A stretch of DNA of 64,000 nt from Dehalococcoidia bacterium (GTDB lineage: Bacteria > Chloroflexota > Dehalococcoidia > SM23-28-2 > RBG-16-64-32), in contig CAXXTF010000002.1 in assembly GCA_963665775.2 (NCBI GenBank), positions 192,001-256,000 on the forward strand, given 5' to 3'. The notes under the pieces were generated by a model, which did no database searches, was not told the DNA's origin, and was given only the letters and a program-made list of their open reading frames with translations. Every line of letters starts with the position of its first letter. Positions within the stretch are counted from its first letter, which is position 1. Positions 60,377-64,000 of this stretch are shown here, piece after piece. The translations under genes and the position numbers were made by a program.

Positions 60377-60592
60377 ATGGCTCATCGGTTTGAGCATAAA
60401 GGATTTCAAGTCGAGATAGATCCTGACCGTGAGGGAGGACCGCGGATGAGGATTGCGGATAGCGAGATTCCCGTCCGACGGATTGGCAACCAGTTTATCA
60501 CCCCCTTACTTCCATATGTGAAAGCGGAGGACCTGACTGATTTAGCGAGGGCAGTAGTTGAGCAGTCCCGAGACTTCGAGACTCATGAGTGA
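60377..60592 (+). CDS. Tyrosinase caddie/copper chaperone-like protein (MelC1-like)
   Basis: HKGFQVEI..MRIADSEIPV..Y..DLARAVVE pattern; directly upstream of the tyrosinase. Confidence 0.6.
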   Translation: MAHRFEHKGFQVEIDPDREGGPRMRIADSEIPVRRIGNQFITPLLPYVKAEDLTDLARAVVEQSRDFETHE

Positions 60593-60614
60593 CAGGCAGT
60601 AGTCCACGGAGGAG

Positions 60615-61529
60615 ATGAAGATGGTGATCCGAAGAAACGTGAGACACTCTTCCGATTCCGAAAAGCGAGAGTTTATTGCTGCCCTGCTAAGTCTCAAAGT
60701 TGAAGTCGGACCTGATGGGATTAGTACTTATGATCGGCACACACGCTGGCATATGGAAGCCATGGCCAAGGCGACTGATCCCGCGAGGCCTTGGTGGGAG
60801 CAGAACCAACCGCATCGAGGTCCAGCGTTTCTACCATGGCACCGGATGTTTCTTCGCTCGGTAGAGTGGGAACTCCAACGCGTTTCTGCAAACCCTAATC
60901 TAGGCATCCCTTATTGGGACTGGACTCAAGATGCGGCTAATCCAGCAAGTTCTCCTATTTGGGACCCCAGCCTCCTGGGTGGCAACGGCGACATATCGAA
61001 TAACGATGTCGTGACGACAGGCCCTCTCTCGAATCCGCTAACCTGGACAACTGTTCAACCACAGATCTCGCAACAGGGAGACCTGCTCGGCTTTCAGCCA
61101 GGAGGAGGTCTTCGCCGCAGATTTACCAATTCTATCGGTGTCCCCACGCAGGACGAAGTTGACCAGGTGCTCAATATGAGCGTCTATGATACGGACCCAT
61201 TGGATTCAACATCCACAGGCAGCTTCCGCAACACACTGGAGGGTTGGGTAGGGCCAGGCCTTCACAACCAAGTGCATGCATTCGTTGGTGGAGACATGAT
61301 GGCAGGCACTTCCCCCAACGATCCCGTCTTCTATCTGCACCATTGCCAGGTAGACCGAATTTGGGCCATCTGGCAGCGACGCTTTCCGAATAATCCCTAC
61401 ATTCCAGAAATTGGCGCCTCTGCTGGTCACAACCTTCGTGATCCCATGTTCCCATGGGATGGCCAGGCAACCAGCAAGCTGGTGACTCCTGAGGGGATGT
61501 TGAATCTGGGGAGTGTCATATACGCATAG
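60615..61529 (+). CDS. Tyrosinase (type 3 copper, MelC2-like)
   Basis: WH..HRGPAFLPWHR (CuA), IPYWDW, LHNQVH..SPNDPVFYLHH (CuB). Confidence 0.95.
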   Translation: MKMVIRRNVRHSSDSEKREFIAALLSLKVEVGPDGISTYDRHTRWHMEAMAKATDPARPWWEQNQPHRGPAFLPWHRMFLRSVEWELQRVSANPNLGIPYWDWTQDAANPASSPIWDPSLLGGNGDISNNDVVTTGPLSNPLTWTTVQPQISQQGDLLGFQPGGGLRRRFTNSIGVPTQDEVDQVLNMSVYDTDPLDSTSTGSFRNTLEGWVGPGLHNQVHAFVGGDMMAGTSPNDPVFYLHHCQVDRIWAIWQRRFPNNPYIPEIGASAGHNLRDPMFPWDGQATSKLVTPEGMLNLGSVIYA

Positions 61530-61676
61530 CATACGGTTAATAGGGGCGCCCACGATGGCTGGCAACCTGACCTGGTTGGACACGGACGCAATCTTGGCAC
61601 GCCTCACCGGGCCCCACCACCTTAGCCCGTTGTCGGCCGAAGAAGAACCATGTTCCCTCCCGCACAGCGCCCGGGA

Positions 61677-61698
61677 GACGCTATTAACTCATAGTGTC
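61677..61698 (+). repeat. Palindromic putative recombination site (spacer TAACTC)
   Basis: GACGCTAT TAACTC ATAGTGTC. Confidence 0.8.
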
Positions 61699-61976
61699 GC
61701 CGAGTCATCGGCGATCGACGGGGCCTCACGTACCATAGGGTCATGGGCGATTGCGCGTTCTGTGGCCGCAGCCCCGCTCCAGACTTTGCCGTGACCGCAT
61801 GCGCGAGCGATCCGGAAGACGGTTCTTCGCACTGGCGGCGGGAGGTCTTGCCGGTCTGCCCGCGCTGCCACAGAGCGCTGGGACAAGCGGGGCCTGAGGG
61901 GCGGAAGCTGAAGACGACCGGTGAGCGCTGGTGGCTCGGGCACGGGCGCGGAAAGATAGAGTCGAAAGTAGCGCCA
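61683..61976 (+). repeat. About 300-bp imperfect direct repeat, copy 2
   Basis: Collinear with 36938..37231. Confidence 0.9.
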
Positions 61977-61985
61977 GAGGGTTAG
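61743..61985 (+). CDS. Small CxxC..CxxC zinc-binding protein, copy 2
   Basis: Near-identical protein to 36998..37243. Confidence 0.7.
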   Translation: MGDCAFCGRSPAPDFAVTACASDPEDGSSHWRREVLPVCPRCHRALGQAGPEGRKLKTTGERWWLGHGRGKIESKVAPEG

Positions 61986-62077
61986 GTGAGTCTCCCTTGG
62001 GGAGTTAAATTCTGGCGATTAGCCACTGCCCTGGGACGGCCTTGTGTCGCCCGCATCTCTCATATTCGCTGGACGTT

Positions 62078-62698
62078 ATGATAGGTGTGATTCGCCAAAG
62101 GCCCCCTGTATCGCCTAGATGGCTCCTCATCATCGCTGCGACCGCCCTTCTGGCGTTGGCCTGCGGCCGTGGCCAAGAGCCCACCACCACTGTCCCTCCA
62201 GCCGCCAGTGAGTCGACAGCTGGGGGCACTCCGACGCCGGCACTGACCCCCTCGCCTACGCCTACCTCTACGCCTACTCTGACACCTTCGCTGGTCTCGA
62301 CACCTAGCCCGATGCCGAGCCCCACACCGGGTGTCGAGCCTGACTATACCCCGTTCCCGCCGCCGGGCCTTACTGACCTTCAGGTAAGGGAGCTAATCCA
62401 GCGCGCTTATCTGGTGGCATTCAATTTGAATGTTCCGTACCCTGCTTACTGGGCAGGAGAAACAACATGGACAGCCGTCGTGTACTTGGAACCGAATATT
62501 TACCGGCTCTACGTTGGCGCAGACGGCTCCTACGATGCTCGCATCAACAACGTGCGCCCGCCTGAGGGAACGTTTCGTACGATGATAATTGGGATAGACT
62601 ACGGAAATACGAACATCGGCGAAGTGTTTGACGCCTATTTGGTGGGCGCCCAACGGCGGATCAACGAGGATTATGCCGCATATGCTGCTGCTACTGGG
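62078..62698 (+). pseudogene. Lipoprotein interrupted by IS3 copy 2 (continues after 63975)
   Basis: Lipobox LALAC, P/T linker; frame resumes as YDDTFVSF once the IS and one TGGG are removed. Confidence 0.75.
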
Positions 62699-62727
62699 TG
62701 ACCTGCCCCCCTAAACGCTACCACAGG

Positions 62728-63591
62728 CTATGTTAGTGTGGCCATCGCCGTAGTCTCCAGGGATGGCGCGGTGGAGCCCGGCCATGGCACGATCGCTTGC
62801 GGTGCTGGCGGCCGGTAGCCGAGAGCGCTATGCGGGCGCACCTCGTTGTAGTTCCGTCGCCACCGCTCGCAGAGGACCTGTGCTTCCAGCACCGTGTCGA
62901 ACACCTCCCCATTCAATAGTTCATCACGTAGCTTCCCATTGAACGACTCGATGTAGCCGTTCTCCCAGGGGCTCCCGGGCTCGATATACAGAGTCTGCAC
63001 GCCTACCCGCTCTAGCCAGGTCCGGAGCGCACGTGCCGTGAACTCTGGCCCGTTGTCCGAGCGCAGGTAGCGAGGCGTCCCGCGCTCGACGAAGAGCTGG
63101 GCCAGCTCTGCCAGCACGTCATCACTGGTGATCTGCCTCGCCACCTGGATAGCCAGGCACTCCCTTGTGAACTCGTCCAGCACCGTCAAGAGCCGCAGGG
63201 GACGGCCGTCGCTGGTGCGGGTAAACACGAAGTCGTAGCTCCAGACGTGGTTGGGCTCAGTCGGCCTGAGCCTAACGCAGGAGCCATCGGTCAGCCATAG
63301 CCGCCTCCGCTTCGGCTGCTTCGCCGGCACCTTCAGCCCTTCCCGCCGCCAGAGCCGCTCTACCCGCTTGTGGTTCACCCGAAAACCCTCCTCTCGCAGC
63401 AGGGCGGTCACCCGTCGGTAACCGTAGCGCCCGTACTCGGTCGCTAGCTCCACCATCCGCCTCAGCAGCCTCCCTTCATCGTCGGGAGGAGAACCCCACC
63501 GCCGCTGCGTCGATCGCTCCTGCCCCAGGGCCTGGCAGGCCCGGCGCTCCGAGATGACCGCGTGGCCCAACGCATTCCGCACCCAGGCCAC
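62728..63591 (-). CDS. IS3 transposase OrfB
   Basis: YGYRR, WSYDF, SDNGPEF, ESFNG, RPHSALG. Confidence 0.95.
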   Translation of the reverse strand: MAWVRNALGHAVISERRACQALGQERSTQRRWGSPPDDEGRLLRRMVELATEYGRYGYRRVTALLREEGFRVNHKRVERLWRREGLKVPAKQPKRRRLWLTDGSCVRLRPTEPNHVWSYDFVFTRTSDGRPLRLLTVLDEFTRECLAIQVARQITSDDVLAELAQLFVERGTPRYLRSDNGPEFTARALRTWLERVGVQTLYIEPGSPWENGYIESFNGKLRDELLNGEVFDTVLEAQVLCERWRRNYNEVRPHSALGYRPPAPQAIVPWPGSTAPSLETTAMATLT

Positions 63592-63614
63592 CGCCTGTCG
63601 TCTCTTGGCCGGGC

Positions 63615-63893
63615 TCAGAAGTTTCCCTGCGCCGCCTCCTTTAGGATGGCGTTGTCCAGGGAGAGATCGGCTACCAGCTTCTTCAGCCGCAGGTTCTCCT
63701 GCTCCAGCTCCCGCAGCCGTTTGGCCTGCTCCCTCCTCAGGCCGCCGTACTCCTTCCGCCAGCGGTAGTAGGTCTGCTCTGCCACGCCCAGCTTCCTGCA
63801 GACCTCGGGCACAGCCAGGCCCTTAGCCAGCCCGACCTCCGCCTCCCTCAACTTGTTGATGATCTCCTCTGCCGTGTGATGCTGCCTGCCCAA
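63615..63893 (-). CDS. IS3 transposase OrfA
   Basis: HTH + coiled coil; G GGA AAC slippery heptamer (63621..63627) just before the stop. Confidence 0.95.
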   Translation of the reverse strand: MGRQHHTAEEIINKLREAEVGLAKGLAVPEVCRKLGVAEQTYYRWRKEYGGLRREQAKRLRELEQENLRLKKLVADLSLDNAILKEAAQGNF

Positions 63894-64000
63894 TCCTTCT
63901 GCCCCCTTTCTCTGGTCCAGAACCCCTGATTACTAACATTGGGCCTGGACTCGTTTTCGGGGGCAAGGTCATGGGTATGACGACACGTTCGTGTCTTTCG

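Larger units (their letters stand above)
62699..63971 (-). mobile_element. IS3-family insertion sequence, complete (1273 bp) with 4-bp target duplication
   Basis: TGACC...GGTCA imperfect terminal IRs; TGGG at 62695..62698 and 63972..63975. Confidence 0.97.

Noticed and set aside
48060-61698. Classical integron
   Set aside because: No GTTRRRY/RYYYAAC attC hairpins seen, the recombinase appears to lack the IntI insertion, and cassette genes occur in both orientations.
2821-61698. Sites as CRP/FNR or LexA boxes, or as terminators
   Set aside because: Sequence differs from TGTGA-N6-TCACA and GAAC-N4-GTTC; copies lie after stops and between convergent genes; stems are short with no U-tract; matched spacers are not expected for such elements. 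An unknown regulator is not fully excluded.
1-63971. Composite transposon formed by the two same-orientation IS3 copies
   Set aside because: Copy 2 has its own TGGG target duplication and splits one gene, so it inserted independently; the copies are also not identical.
1-64000. CRISPR array, tRNA or rRNA genes
   Set aside because: No regularly spaced repeats or recognisable RNA gene found by eye; tRNAscan-SE and Infernal would be needed to exclude them.

Overview
GC-rich accessory region whose gene content (Tat-lipoprotein family-5 binding proteins, several CaiB/BaiF CoA-transferases, LLM oxidoreductase, thiolase-like/DUF35 proteins) suggests a Chloroflexota (Dehalococcoidia-like) genome; this is an inference. 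The window has one IS3-family copy at each end, an acyl-CoA/steroid-like catabolic cluster (7.3-26 kb), two peptide-type ABC clusters without ATPases, and a phage-satellite-like core (37.4-49.1 kb: ParB-methyltransferase, primase, large serine recombinase, tyrosine recombinase). After the core comes a run of unrelated 1-3 gene units. The main unexplained signal is a family of short palindromic sites, consensus CAC(T/G)A(T/A)-N6-(A/T)T(A/C)G(T/C)G with an oriented spacer ending in C. They sit in most intergenic gaps from 49 to 62 kb, flank the tyrosine recombinase gene and mark the exact start of a 300-bp duplication. They also recur as spacer-matched pairs in the same order on both sides of the recombinase, enclosing different cargo. 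This looks like a non-integron, lox/dif-like cassette-exchange system. All comparisons were done by eye and no database search was run.
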